Below, one piece after another: positions 34,277 through 44,300 of a stretch of DNA of 64,000 bases (the stretch's first letter is position 1; each line of letters opens with the position of its first letter). The translations under genes were made by a program, and so were the position numbers. The notes under the pieces were generated by a model, which was not told the DNA's origin, ran no database searches, and saw only the letters and a list, made by a program, of their open reading frames with translations. Origin of the DNA: an uncultured Verrucomicrobiae bacterium (GTDB taxonomy: Bacteria; Verrucomicrobiota; Verrucomicrobiia; Chthoniobacterales; JAATET01). Location of the stretch: NCBI GenBank assembly GCA_963719495.1, contig CAVRCI010000013.1, forward strand, positions 157,888-221,887. The letters run 5' to 3'.

Positions 34277-34987
34277 TCAAGGTCGTTTGGCCGTGATCCG
34301 CATCACGATGGGCATGGGCATGTCTCCGGGCGGCGGACCCGCCAGACGAAGACCCGTCAAAACTTCCGCCGCCGCGCCACCGCCCGAAACACGCGTGATC
34401 CGGCCACTGGAGTCGGCCCAGACCCGCACCTCCGACGTCATCGCCGCGCTCCGTGTCCGCTTGTCGGTCCGCAGAGCCTGCGCGACTGCCGATTGCACTC
34501 CAGCGGCGTAATTGCCCCACACGGTCCCGCCAGCGCCACCGCCACCCGGACGTCCGCCACCGCCGATGCGCATGCCATTCCCGGATCCGCTCAGACCGAA
34601 GCCGTCCGGTGGGCCGTCGCCTTGCAGACTGGTTCCCATCGGTTCGTCCGGCGGCGATTCCGGTTCGGGAGCGTCGACGGGCGCCGCCTCGGCGACCGGG
34701 TCCTGCATGACCATGTCGTCCTCGGGTTCCGTTTCCTCCCGCTCCTGCTCGATGGGTTCGGGCGTCGCGGGTGCCGGCGTGGGCGGCGGAGGGGGTGGTG
34801 GCGGCGGCAGCGTCACCATCGTGATGCTCTGCTGCGCTCGCTTGGGCTTGGATTCGCCGCCGCTTCCCAGGAAGAAATACGCCGCGCCGCCCGCGACGAC
34901 CAATGCCACCACGATCAAGACGCCGAACTTCGCGAAGAACCCGCGCTCGTCCTCGTCGTCGTCCTCGATCTCGTGATACTCCGCCAT
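34277..34987 (-). CDS. tonB: TonB-like energy transducer
   Basis: N-terminal TM (FGVLIVVALVVAGGAAYFFL), proline-rich spacer (TLPPPPPPPPPTPAPATPEP), an acidic stretch, then a C-terminal domain of about 90 aa. Lies directly downstream of exbB-exbD. Confidence 0.65.
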   Translation of the reverse strand: MAEYHEIEDDDEDERGFFAKFGVLIVVALVVAGGAAYFFLGSGGESKPKRAQQSITMVTLPPPPPPPPPTPAPATPEPIEQEREETEPEDDMVMQDPVAEAAPVDAPEPESPPDEPMGTSLQGDGPPDGFGLSGSGNGMRIGGGGRPGGGGAGGTVWGNYAAGVQSAVAQALRTDKRTRSAAMTSEVRVWADSSGRITRVSGGGAAAEVLTGLRLAGPPPGDMPMPIVMRITAKRP

Positions 34988-34997
34988 CGTCCGCTGA

Positions 34998-35396
34998 TTA
35001 CTGGGGGGCCTGCGTGGCCAACCCGACCTTCTCGACGCCGACGCGCCCGACGACGTCGAGCACGTTCATGATTTGCTGATACTGCGTGGCGCTGTCGCCC
35101 TTCACCACGACCGGGAAGTCGGGCGTGCGCGCCTTCTCCGCGGTCAGCCGACTCTCCAATTCCTCCAACGACACCGGCAGCGTGTTTTGAAAAATCTGCC
35201 CCTCGCTGTTGACCGTGATCGCCTGCACCTTCGACTCCGCGATCGACGGCGACTTGCTGGCCTTCGGCAGATCGACCTTCGTCCCCTGCACTCCCGCCGT
35301 CGTCATGATGATGAAGATCAGCAACAGCACGAGGTAGAGATCCACCATGGGCGTGACGTTGATGTCGTCGTAGGACTTGTTGTCTCCGGCCTGCAT
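34998..35396 (-). CDS. exbD: Biopolymer transport protein ExbD/TolR
   Basis: DINVTPMVDLYLVLLLIFIIMT is the ExbD/TolR N-terminal TM signature with the conserved Asp. 132 aa. Nine untranslated nt separate it from the exbB-like stop. Confidence 0.85.
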   Translation of the reverse strand: MQAGDNKSYDDINVTPMVDLYLVLLLIFIIMTTAGVQGTKVDLPKASKSPSIAESKVQAITVNSEGQIFQNTLPVSLEELESRLTAEKARTPDFPVVVKGDSATQYQQIMNVLDVVGRVGVEKVGLATQAPQ

Positions 35397-35405
35397 CGTC
35401 GGCGG

Positions 35406-37325
35406 TTAGTGGTCGCTCGCCCGCGCGACTTCGGCGTGGGCGGGGCGGGTCTCGGAGCGGTCGGTTGTCGGCACGGGGACGACACTCGGCGTCGGCGTGG
35501 GATAAAACTCCGCCATTTTTGCAACGAATTCGTCATTGAACACCTGCATCGACGCGAGCAAATCGCGGATGCGCGAACTCAGGAAGCTGTAGATGAACAA
35601 CGCCGGGATCGCCACGAGCAGCCCGAACACCGTCGCCAGCAGAGCGCTCGCGATGCCGGGCGCGATCGAATTCACGTCGACCTCGCCGGACTTCGCGATG
35701 ATCGCGAAAGTGATCATCACGCCGACCACCGTGCCGAGCAGCCCGACGTAGGGCCCACCCGCGATGCTGATCGTCAGGAAAATGAGGCCTTTGTTCATGC
35801 GGTGATTTTCGTGAACGATTCCCGTTTCGAGGCTGGCCTTGATGGCCTGAATCGAACGCGCCGACAGTCCCTTCGCGCGATTCCCGTTTCCGACGCGGTG
35901 GCGGATCTCCTCCGAGCCGATGTGGTAGAGGTGGTAGACCGGCGACTTGTGCATGAGCTTGGACATTTTCCCGCTCACGTCGGCCATGATCCCACCCTCG
36001 CGATCGAGCGCGGTCAGGTCGCTCGAGACCTTGCTCCACTGCTTCATGAAGGCCTCCGTGCCCTTCTGGATTCGGTTGAGGTAATTGTATTTCTGGATCG
36101 CGACCCACCAGCCCAGGATCATCATCAGGATGCAGACGCCGACCGCGATCCAGCCGTCAAACATCATGTTCTTCGCGATGTCGCCGAAGAGCATCACGTG
36201 CTCCATCGCGCCGCCGTGCTCGCCGGACGCGTGGCCGCTCACCTCCGACTCGCCGACCTGTAGCAACTTGGCCGCGGTCGAAGACGCGCCTTCGTTGACC
36301 GCGAGGAACTTCGCTTTGCCGAGCGGCATCGCCGCGTTCATCACCTGAAGCTCGTCGAGCTCGCCGATGAATTGCGTGTCGCCCGCGTCGACGTCTCCGC
36401 CCAGCGTGAGGCCATTGGCAAACGCCGGCAGCGCGCTCGCGATCGTGCCGTAGGTCTCCCCGTCGACGAGCAGCGTCGCGATTCCCGCGTCGACGCTCAC
36501 CGCGACGTGCCGCCACGTCCCCGCCGCGATTGGCTCACCAGCCGCGGTCTTTTGCGTCGTGCCGCCGGCCTTGATTTCCAGAAACGGCACGCCGCCCTCG
36601 ATCCCGAGCACGAACCCATTCGCGCCGTCGCGACGACTGAAGATCACCGCGCTCGGCTGGTCCACCACCGGTTTCACCCACGCGGCGACCCCCGCGCCGC
36701 CACCCGCGGTCCACGCGAGCGTCGGCGAGGCTGGCACGACGATCGACGTCTGACCATCGAGCCGCAGGCCGCTCCCGATCATGGCGCCGGGCACCGTTGC
36801 CCCGCCATTCTCGGCGTTGTTCCCCGCCGCCGACGCGTCCGTTGGCGGCTGGGCGGCAAAGTGGTAGACCAGAACGGTCGAGCCGCCGTAGGTGCCCGCC
36901 GGGTCCTGCACGCTTTCGACGCCCTCGGCGAGGTTGCCGTAGTAGAGCCAGAACTTCAGCGGCGCGTCGGCCTTCACGTCCTCCGCCTTCATCCACACGA
37001 ACGCCTCGTTGAGCAGCGCGTCGTATTTCTCGATGTGATACGGGATCAGCGTCTCGCCGTCCTCGGCCACGAAGCGGATGTCGCTGCCGTCGGGCCGGGC
37101 CGAGGCGAAGTTGAAGTTTCCGTCGTGCAGCCGCACCAGCACCGACGTCTCCCCGACGGGATCCGCGATCGCCCCCGCTTCCGGACCCGCATCGATCGTG
37201 AAAGGCGTGCGGATCGTCCACTCCTCGTTCCACCAGCCCTCGGGTGCCGCGCTGGCCGATTGATTCAGCCCTCCGAGGAGCAGCCCGGCGAGCAGCAGCG
37301 TTTTCAAATTCAATTTTCGCATCAT
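35406..37325 (-). CDS. exbB: DUF2341 / LamG-like / MotA-TolQ-ExbB proton-channel fusion protein
   Basis: Signal peptide. DUF2341-like N-terminus: GWWNEEWTIRTPFTID...DGSDIRFVAEDGETLIPYHIEKYD...FWLYYGN. LamG/concanavalin-like middle: GLRLDGQTSIVV...WRHVAVSVD...LLVDGE...LGGD...FIGELDELQV. C-terminal MotA/ExbB channel: GLLGTVVGVMITFAIIA...IAPGIASALLATVFGLLVAIPALFIY. Confidence 0.8.
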   Translation of the reverse strand: MMRKLNLKTLLLAGLLLGGLNQSASAAPEGWWNEEWTIRTPFTIDAGPEAGAIADPVGETSVLVRLHDGNFNFASARPDGSDIRFVAEDGETLIPYHIEKYDALLNEAFVWMKAEDVKADAPLKFWLYYGNLAEGVESVQDPAGTYGGSTVLVYHFAAQPPTDASAAGNNAENGGATVPGAMIGSGLRLDGQTSIVVPASPTLAWTAGGGAGVAAWVKPVVDQPSAVIFSRRDGANGFVLGIEGGVPFLEIKAGGTTQKTAAGEPIAAGTWRHVAVSVDAGIATLLVDGETYGTIASALPAFANGLTLGGDVDAGDTQFIGELDELQVMNAAMPLGKAKFLAVNEGASSTAAKLLQVGESEVSGHASGEHGGAMEHVMLFGDIAKNMMFDGWIAVGVCILMMILGWWVAIQKYNYLNRIQKGTEAFMKQWSKVSSDLTALDREGGIMADVSGKMSKLMHKSPVYHLYHIGSEEIRHRVGNGNRAKGLSARSIQAIKASLETGIVHENHRMNKGLIFLTISIAGGPYVGLLGTVVGVMITFAIIAKSGEVDVNSIAPGIASALLATVFGLLVAIPALFIYSFLSSRIRDLLASMQVFNDEFVAKMAEFYPTPTPSVVPVPTTDRSETRPAHAEVARASDH

Positions 37326-37334
37326 CGTCTTGGG

Positions 37335-38966
37335 TTAAAATTCTCCCCAGACCCGGAACGTCAGACGCCAATCGCCCTCCGCCGTGTTCGCCTGGCTGAT
37401 TAAAGGCAGACCCGCGTCGAGCGAGCCGTAGAGGTAATCGAAAAGTTGCAGCCGACTCCCCGCGCCGACGCTCGTGAGCGTAAACTGGCTTGTCTGTTGC
37501 GGCAGCGGATCGTTGATCGTCGTCATCCCGTAATCCCAGAAGGCGTAGACCCGCCAGTCGTCGATCCCGTAGAAATCCTCCACCGCCGGCGTCCGTGCCT
37601 CGATCGTGCTCACGAACGCATTGTCTCCCAGCGCCTCGGCCTCGAGGTAGCCCCGCACCGTGTCCAAGCCGCCGATGGCGAATTGCTCGCTGTCGACGAG
37701 CGCGTCGCCGCTCGCCTGACCTTGAATCTGACCGTAGAGCTGAAAGCCGTAAGGCAGGTCCTGCGTGTGGGCCAGATCGCCACGGAAGTAGAAGAACGAC
37801 CCATCCGCGTTGAAGCGGCGGTTGTCGAAATCCCGCTCGCTGCTCCCCGCGCCGGAGAACGCCCACGTCACGCCGGCATTGATCTCGGTGATCGAGAGCT
37901 CGGTCGCCTTCGCCGCGTTGTAGGAAAGCGTGAAAGGATAATAGGTGATCGGGGTCGCGATGAACTGATCGGTGAATTGCAAGTCCTGCTGGAGGTGCTT
38001 GTAATCGAGGCCGAAGCTCAACGAATGGTAGAACCCGTCGTAGCGCGAAGGCAAAGTCGCCATGAGCCGCCCGCCGATGATCTCGCCATTACCCGCGACG
38101 GCCGATCCGCCGAGCGTCGAGATGTTGCTGTTCTGCCGCGTCGCCGTGAACATCGCGCTTAGCCACGGGATCTGGGGCGCGCGAGCGATGTAGTAAAAAG
38201 AATAAACCTGCGCGTCGTCGATCTCCTCCGGCGCGATCTGAAAACTGAACCCGATCGTGTGCCCGAGCTGCCAGAGGTTGCCGTAGCTAATGCCCCCGTT
38301 CAGTCGAAGCGGCGTCGTGTTGGCGATGTAACGGTTATTGAGCTCGAAATTTCCGTGGAGCGGGAATTTGTCTTCGACCGTGAGATCGACGTCGACCGTG
38401 CCGGGATCGAACCCAGCCTTGAGCGTCGGGGCCACGCGGCGGTCGGCCAATTGGTTGATCTCGACGATCTCGCGGGCGACGTCGTTGAAGTTCGGCACGT
38501 TCCCCTCGGCCAGCGAAGGCACCCGCTTCTTGATTTCGTCGATGTCGTAAAATCGCGAGCCGCGCACCCTAAGCCGCCCGACCGGGGCCTCGACGACGTT
38601 CAGCAGGATCACGCCCCCGCGCGCGGTTTGTTCGGGGATTTCGACGGCGACGGACTGGTAGCCCTTTTCGTGATAAGCCGACTCGAGCGCCGCCCGGGCG
38701 TCCTCGACGTCCGCCTCCGATCGCCCTGGACCCATGTAGGGATAGACGGCCTCCTCGACCTCGATCGGCGGCAGTTTGGTCGACCCGTTAACTCTGTATT
38801 CCTGGATGTAGAGTGATCCCAATTCGGTTTGCGTCCGCACGGTTGCTGCGGGTTCGGACCAGCCGCGAGCAGCGGTCACCAGCAAGGCCAATCCGAGCGC
38901 CATCGGGACGCTCGCGCCCGAGCGCGAACGCCCTGACGGGACGCGGTTGAATTTGCCGAGGTTCAT
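37335..38966 (-). CDS. TpsB transporter (ShlB/FhaC/HecB family, Omp85 superfamily)
   Basis: POTRA region typical of ShlB-type proteins (YIQEYRVNGSTKLPPIEVEEAVYPYMGPGRS...GYQSVAVEIPEQTARGGVILLNVVEAPVGRLRVRGSRFY...). Beta-barrel ending ...WRLTFRVWGEF. Nine untranslated nt separate its stop from the exbB-like start. Confidence 0.85.
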   Translation of the reverse strand: MNLGKFNRVPSGRSRSGASVPMALGLALLVTAARGWSEPAATVRTQTELGSLYIQEYRVNGSTKLPPIEVEEAVYPYMGPGRSEADVEDARAALESAYHEKGYQSVAVEIPEQTARGGVILLNVVEAPVGRLRVRGSRFYDIDEIKKRVPSLAEGNVPNFNDVAREIVEINQLADRRVAPTLKAGFDPGTVDVDLTVEDKFPLHGNFELNNRYIANTTPLRLNGGISYGNLWQLGHTIGFSFQIAPEEIDDAQVYSFYYIARAPQIPWLSAMFTATRQNSNISTLGGSAVAGNGEIIGGRLMATLPSRYDGFYHSLSFGLDYKHLQQDLQFTDQFIATPITYYPFTLSYNAAKATELSITEINAGVTWAFSGAGSSERDFDNRRFNADGSFFYFRGDLAHTQDLPYGFQLYGQIQGQASGDALVDSEQFAIGGLDTVRGYLEAEALGDNAFVSTIEARTPAVEDFYGIDDWRVYAFWDYGMTTINDPLPQQTSQFTLTSVGAGSRLQLFDYLYGSLDAGLPLISQANTAEGDWRLTFRVWGEF

Positions 38967-39081
38967 CGAATGAGTAATCCCTTCACAAATAGCGAAACCA
39001 GCGCGGGCATTTCACCCGCGCTGGCACGCTGATTGGCGGAGAACAATTCCTGCGGTCTTGGCAGAAACTGCTCCCGATTCA

Positions 39082-40278
39082 TTAGAGGTAAGTCGGCAGG
39101 ACGACGCCGCCATCGGTTGGGCGCGCCACGTTCATTTCGTTGAGCTGAATCTCTGCCGTGACCACGGTGATCTGGTTGCCGAGCGCGGTCGTCACAGATT
39201 TCTGCGCCGCCGACGCAGCCGGGTTGGTCAGCAGATGCTGGTAGCTCCAGAAGGTGTATTTACCTTCGACAACGTTTTCCTTGCTGAAAAAGACGCCGTT
39301 GAAGCTCAAGGCGCGGGCCGGACCGGCGAAGGTGCCGCTGGTCGTGGAAGTCGCCCGGCCGAGATCGCCGGTGCCCATGTAGCCCACGTACCACCCACCG
39401 ATGCCGGGGACGGTCGTGCGCCGCAGGTTGTCGGCCAAGGTGCCGCCACTCGTGAACCCTTCGGTCGAGGCGAGTAGAGTCTGATCGGCCACGGTATTGC
39501 CGGAGAGGATCGGATTGAACTGGCTCACCGTCGAAGTGACACCAACGCCAGTCTCGGCAAACGCGATCACGCGCGTTCCGGAATCGTCGTTACGACCGAT
39601 GCCGAAGATCAGGCGAGGATGCGCCCCACCGAAGTTCTCCGGCTTATCACCCCACGTGCTGTTGAAGGTCGCGGTGCGATCGATGGCCAATCCCGAGAAG
39701 AGAGCGAGCGGAACGAAGCCGACGCCGTTGTAGATCGCCTGAGCTTGGTTGCTCGTGATGTTCGTCACGCTGGCAGGTGCGCCCGTGCTCACCGCCCAGC
39801 CGAAGGCCACGATGCCGACAATCTTGTCCTGCAACGTCACCGACTGAAAGGGCGTCGACGACTGAAACGAATCCGACATGGTCGCCTGCGGGACCTCGTT
39901 GACCAACGGGAAGCCGGCGGAAGGAGCGTTCTGAACAGCCGTGGTGCCAGTCGGGTGGTTGTCCGGCAGGTATTGCGCCGTGCCGCCAGTGACGACGGCC
40001 TCGATCCCGCCGACCGATCCGCCAAACGAGGTCTTGATGGTCACGGACGCGCCTCCGATGACGAGATTGCCCTTGTAGATCGAGCGGGAAGCTCCGGTGG
40101 CGGATGTGCCGTTGTAAGCCGACGTGTAGCCAGGCTGCAAGATCTGCTGGATGGCGAGGTTGGTCTGGGTCCGGAAGGCGGTGGAGCCGGTAATCCGAAC
40201 GACTGTTGTCTGGGCCGAAGCGGCCCCGATCGTCGCAAAAGCGACGGCGCAGGCGGCGAGGAGTCTAAGTGTTTTCAT
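39082..40278 (-). CDS. PstS-like (PBP_like_2) substrate-binding-fold secreted protein
   Basis: Trimmed to ATG 40278 (MKTLRLLAACAVAFATIGAASAQT). VVRITGSTAF..., ITSNQAQAIYNG and GKYTFWSYQHLL resemble the phosphate-binding-protein fold family. The assignment is tentative and no ABC transporter genes are adjacent. Confidence 0.45.
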   Translation of the reverse strand: MKTLRLLAACAVAFATIGAASAQTTVVRITGSTAFRTQTNLAIQQILQPGYTSAYNGTSATGASRSIYKGNLVIGGASVTIKTSFGGSVGGIEAVVTGGTAQYLPDNHPTGTTAVQNAPSAGFPLVNEVPQATMSDSFQSSTPFQSVTLQDKIVGIVAFGWAVSTGAPASVTNITSNQAQAIYNGVGFVPLALFSGLAIDRTATFNSTWGDKPENFGGAHPRLIFGIGRNDDSGTRVIAFAETGVGVTSTVSQFNPILSGNTVADQTLLASTEGFTSGGTLADNLRRTTVPGIGGWYVGYMGTGDLGRATSTTSGTFAGPARALSFNGVFFSKENVVEGKYTFWSYQHLLTNPAASAAQKSVTTALGNQITVVTAEIQLNEMNVARPTDGGVVLPTYL

Positions 40279-40342
40279 AAGGATGGATTGCAGGGTGTTT
40301 TTTTTGGGTTGGTTGGGTTGGTGTTTGAGGTGAGTTGTGGGG

Positions 40343-41161
40343 TCACGCAGTGGCAGCATTCCGCTTCCGGCGAACCCAGTAAAAGAGACCGCCGATGAGG
40401 CCAAGGCTTGCCAGCGCGAGGACCGAAGGCTCGGGGACCGCTGTGAAGGTCACGACCCCCGCATTGGAGATCGCGAAGGTCCCGAGCAGCTCGCCGGGGA
40501 GGCCGAAGGTGCCGGCTCCCGACGTGCCGGGAGGGAGTCGATAGAGATCGAGTCCGGTGGCACTGCCGACCGTGGATTCGATTCCGCCCGGAAAGTAGGA
40601 GAAATCGTCATTCGGCTGCGTGAAAAAGGTATAACTGGTGGTCGCGTCGACGGTATTGTTGATGACCGTCGCCTTACCGCTGTTGGCGGTCGCCTCGCGA
40701 GGATTTCCGAGCTGATCTTCGAGGTAGGCGTTCGCCAGAGTGATGAAGCGATTGCTCGGCTGCGATTGACCCGACGGCGAGAAGCGCGTCCAGGGCTGCG
40801 ATCCTTCGGCGCGAGTCGCGTAGATCGTCTGCGACGGATCGGAAGACGACCGGATACCCGACAGGCTCCACGTCACCTGGCTGTTGGAAAACCAAGCGCC
40901 GCCGTAGTTCGCCGAGAGGTCGGCGGCGATGCCCGGGCCGCTGTTGCCAAGGTTGAGCGTCACGGTTTGGTTGGCCGAGAGACCCCGGAACTGCGAAGAC
41001 GATCCCGCGTTGACAACGAGGTCGGACGGATTGCCCTGGACGCGGAACCCGATGAGCAGATCTCCGGAGTTGTAAGTGACGGGAGCCGCTGAAGCGCTTG
41101 CGGCCATTGCCATCAATGCCGCTGCGCAGCCAAGCGCCGCCGTGGAAGAAGTAATTTTCAT
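40343..41161 (-). CDS. PEP-CTERM sorting domain protein
   Basis: Signal peptide MKITSSTAALGCAAALMAMAASASA. C-terminus FTAVPEPSVLALASLGLIGGLFYWVRRKR is a canonical PEP-CTERM signal. Confidence 0.8.
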   Translation of the reverse strand: MKITSSTAALGCAAALMAMAASASAAPVTYNSGDLLIGFRVQGNPSDLVVNAGSSSQFRGLSANQTVTLNLGNSGPGIAADLSANYGGAWFSNSQVTWSLSGIRSSSDPSQTIYATRAEGSQPWTRFSPSGQSQPSNRFITLANAYLEDQLGNPREATANSGKATVINNTVDATTSYTFFTQPNDDFSYFPGGIESTVGSATGLDLYRLPPGTSGAGTFGLPGELLGTFAISNAGVVTFTAVPEPSVLALASLGLIGGLFYWVRRKRNAATA

Positions 41162-41315
41162 GAGGTATAAGGTGTTGAGTTTTGGTGCGGCTTTGGTTTC
41201 TCAGACGCACCGAGGTCCAACAACGAGTGTTGTGTGAACAATTCGTCACAAACCGTGGCGATGAATTTTCGCCCCGTGAGCAAGGGAAGCCAGTCACCGA
41301 CCAGCCCGCTGTGCG

Positions 41316-44300
41316 CTACTCGTCGGAAATGACGCTAGCCTCGACGCCAAGAAGCGCGCGCGAAGGGTGGACGTCCCGCCGCGGTGCCGCGGGACCGATG
41401 ACTCGCTCCCAGCCGTCGACTCGCAGCGCGGCGCGTTCGTTCAGCGTCCGCGCAAACGCGTCCGAGTCCTCCGACCCACTGATCCAAGCGCTCATCGCCG
41501 CGAAGCTTCCCACCGCGACGTAGGAGATCGGCGCTCCGGCAACCTGAGACCGGCCTGCGAGCGCGAACCCGGGCGAGGGTGAGCCGTCCTTCGAATAATG
41601 AATGGTCCCCGACACGGGGATCGGCCAGCCGGCTACCGAGCGCACGGTAAGTTTTTCGAGCGACAACCGTCCGTCAAGTCGCGGCGCGCCGAGCGGGCCT
41701 CCCAACTTCAAATTCCCCGAAAGGGTACCGGCGTCCGCACCACGGCCAATCCGCACGTCGGGGGCAAGCGCGACGCCCGCGTTCCAGGCCCATCCGCCGG
41801 GTTCATCCCGCGGGGCATCCGCCAATTCGACGGACGACGAGGCCTCTATGGAGGGTCTCGCGTCGAAGGTAAAGACCCGGTCGGCGCGCCCGCTAAGAAC
41901 CTTGATCGAGCCATCGACCGTTCCCGTTCCGAAGTCGCCGACCGCCCGAAGACGGATGGCCGCAAGCGCCTCGAGTCCGAACCCGTCGAGCGCGACATTT
42001 TCGGCGTTAAGACCAAAATCAACCTTCGGGGTTCTTCCACCCTTGACCCCGCCGAAGAATTCCACCGGTCCGCCTCCCAACTCGCCTCGGGCCTTGGTGA
42101 CCCGGATTTCCGACCCGGTCAGTCGGATGCGAGCCGCCAGTCCGGTCACCTTCGGCGCCGACAAGTTCTCGAGGGCGAATTCCCCGTTTTTCACTTCCAA
42201 GTCGCCGCTCAACTCGGGAGCCAACACGCTCCCCCCAATCCCCACGACGCCCGACAGCGTCCCGCCACTGGCGTCCACCCCGGGGATCAAAGCCCCCAGG
42301 ACCTTCAAATTGGTCCGAGGAATGGCGATTTGCGCCGAGATCGGTGCCGTCCGGTCGAAGAATTTCACCTGACCTCCCTCCGCGACCTCGAACGCAAACG
42401 GCATCGCGGCGTCGATCACGAGCGGCTCGAATCCAGCGGAATCCATCGCTCCCTTCGCCCGGAGCCGCGCATCCCGCGTCGAAATCGCCAGGTCCACCGC
42501 TGTCCGCGGCAGTTGGTAACCGCCCGTCGTCACGGCGAGTCCGCGCCCCGAGATCAGCCCTTCGAGCGACAGCTCCGGAAGCGGCCCGCTGGCACCGAGA
42601 CGAAACGTGACCGTCCCCGCCGCCACCGCGTCCTGCCCAGCCATCGCCACGAGTTCGGCCAACGGAAGCTCGCCGGACGAAACGCGAGCGTAGACCGGCT
42701 TCTTAAGGTCGAAGACCTCCCGCTTCGGCTCACCCCGCAGGAGCGCGAAAACGTTCACCGGCATGAAGGCCTCGCCGACGAGCAATTCGAGCTGCCGCCT
42801 CCGCAGATTCAAGTCCGCCAGATTCACCCCGGCATCCGAGACCGTGAGCCGGGTGGCGAATACGAGCGGCCCGTTTTGCAGCCGCAGTCGGCTCAAATAC
42901 ACGTTCTCCGGCGAATACGTTCCCTCGACTTCGCCGGTGATGCCCGTCGGCGTCCACGGCGTCGCCGCGTCCGCCAGCGACGCCCGGAAGACACCCGAAT
43001 GCGCCGCCGCCGTCCCGTCGCCCTGCCAGGAGAACGTGAATCCACCCGATTCGAGCCACTTCGCGGCGGCCCCGCCGAGTTTCCCGGTAAAGCGGGAGAC
43101 GTCCGCCATCGCCACCGCGATTTCGCCGGAGTATCGGTGCGGGGCTTTCAGCCCGACCGCCCCCCGGGCCGTCAAGCGATCCGCGCCGCTCCAGAGTTCG
43201 ACCGACCGCACCTCCAGCTCGCGGTCGTTGAGAACGGAGGACAATTTCATCGCCGTCCCGGGCAATCCCCGCAGCGTCAATCCGCTCGCCTCGGCGTTCG
43301 CGTAGCCGTCCATCCGCCCCGCGTCGCCCGAGACCGAAGCGTGCAGTGACAAACGGCCCTCGAGATCCCGCCACGAATCTCCCGCGAAGGTTGCCAATTT
43401 CCGCACGTCCTTCAATTCCACCGAGACGTTGAGCAGAAAGTTCGAATCCAACCACTCGGCGTCCCCGCGCGGGACCGCGATCTCGCCGTTGGCCGTCACC
43501 CGGTTCTCTCCCGCGATCAGTTGAAAATTCGAAAAATACAGCCGCCGCCCAATGAAGTTCGCCCCCATCACCAGCGATTCCCAACGCTCGCCCCGCCGCG
43601 TCAGCCCTTCGGCCTCGAGCCGTACCGCGATCTCGGAATCCGCCCACCTCCCCGGCGTCCCCCGCCACGTCACCCGACCCTCTTTCAGCACTCCGCCGAA
43701 GGGCTCCGCCAGTCCGCTGAGCTTCGCCACCGCTTCCAGGGGTAAATCCGCGACCGACAAGGCGAGATCGACCCGCAGCAGACCCGCCTCCCTCTTCCAC
43801 GAGCCGTCGCCGCGCACCTCTCCCCCGCCCACGCCCAAATCCAGACTCACCGACATTCCTCCCGGATCGGCCACGCTCACGACCAACGTCCTCACGTCCA
43901 TCGCCTCCGCCAATTCGAGGTCGCTGAAATACGCCACCCCGTCCCGCCACCCGCTCACCGCCCGCAAGTTCGACCACCCGACCACCCGACCGGCGGCCTC
44001 GGCGTCGACATTCGCGACGGTCACCTCACTCGTCGTCGACTCGCTGAGAGCGCCGCTGATCCCATCCATTCGCGCCCGCCCGTGGTCCGTCGTGAGTTCG
44101 AACGAACCGGATCGCACCGCGATTGTCTTCGGCAACAGCCGCAGCCGCATGGCCGCCCGAGCCTCCCGAGCCTCGGCACTCGTTTCGCCGTCCGTTGTCC
44201 GCAGTCCGGACTGCCGCCCCCGCAGATCGACCACCACGCTCGCACCGATGCAATCCAGCCGGTCGATCACCCTTCCATCGCCGAACAGAACTCCGAACAG

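Noticed and set aside
41233-41250. TGTGA-acaattcg-TCACA upstream of the PEP-CTERM gene, considered as a second CRP-like site.
   Set aside because: The spacer is 8 nt rather than 6 and the flanks are not palindromic. It is too weak to call without a position-weight-matrix scan.
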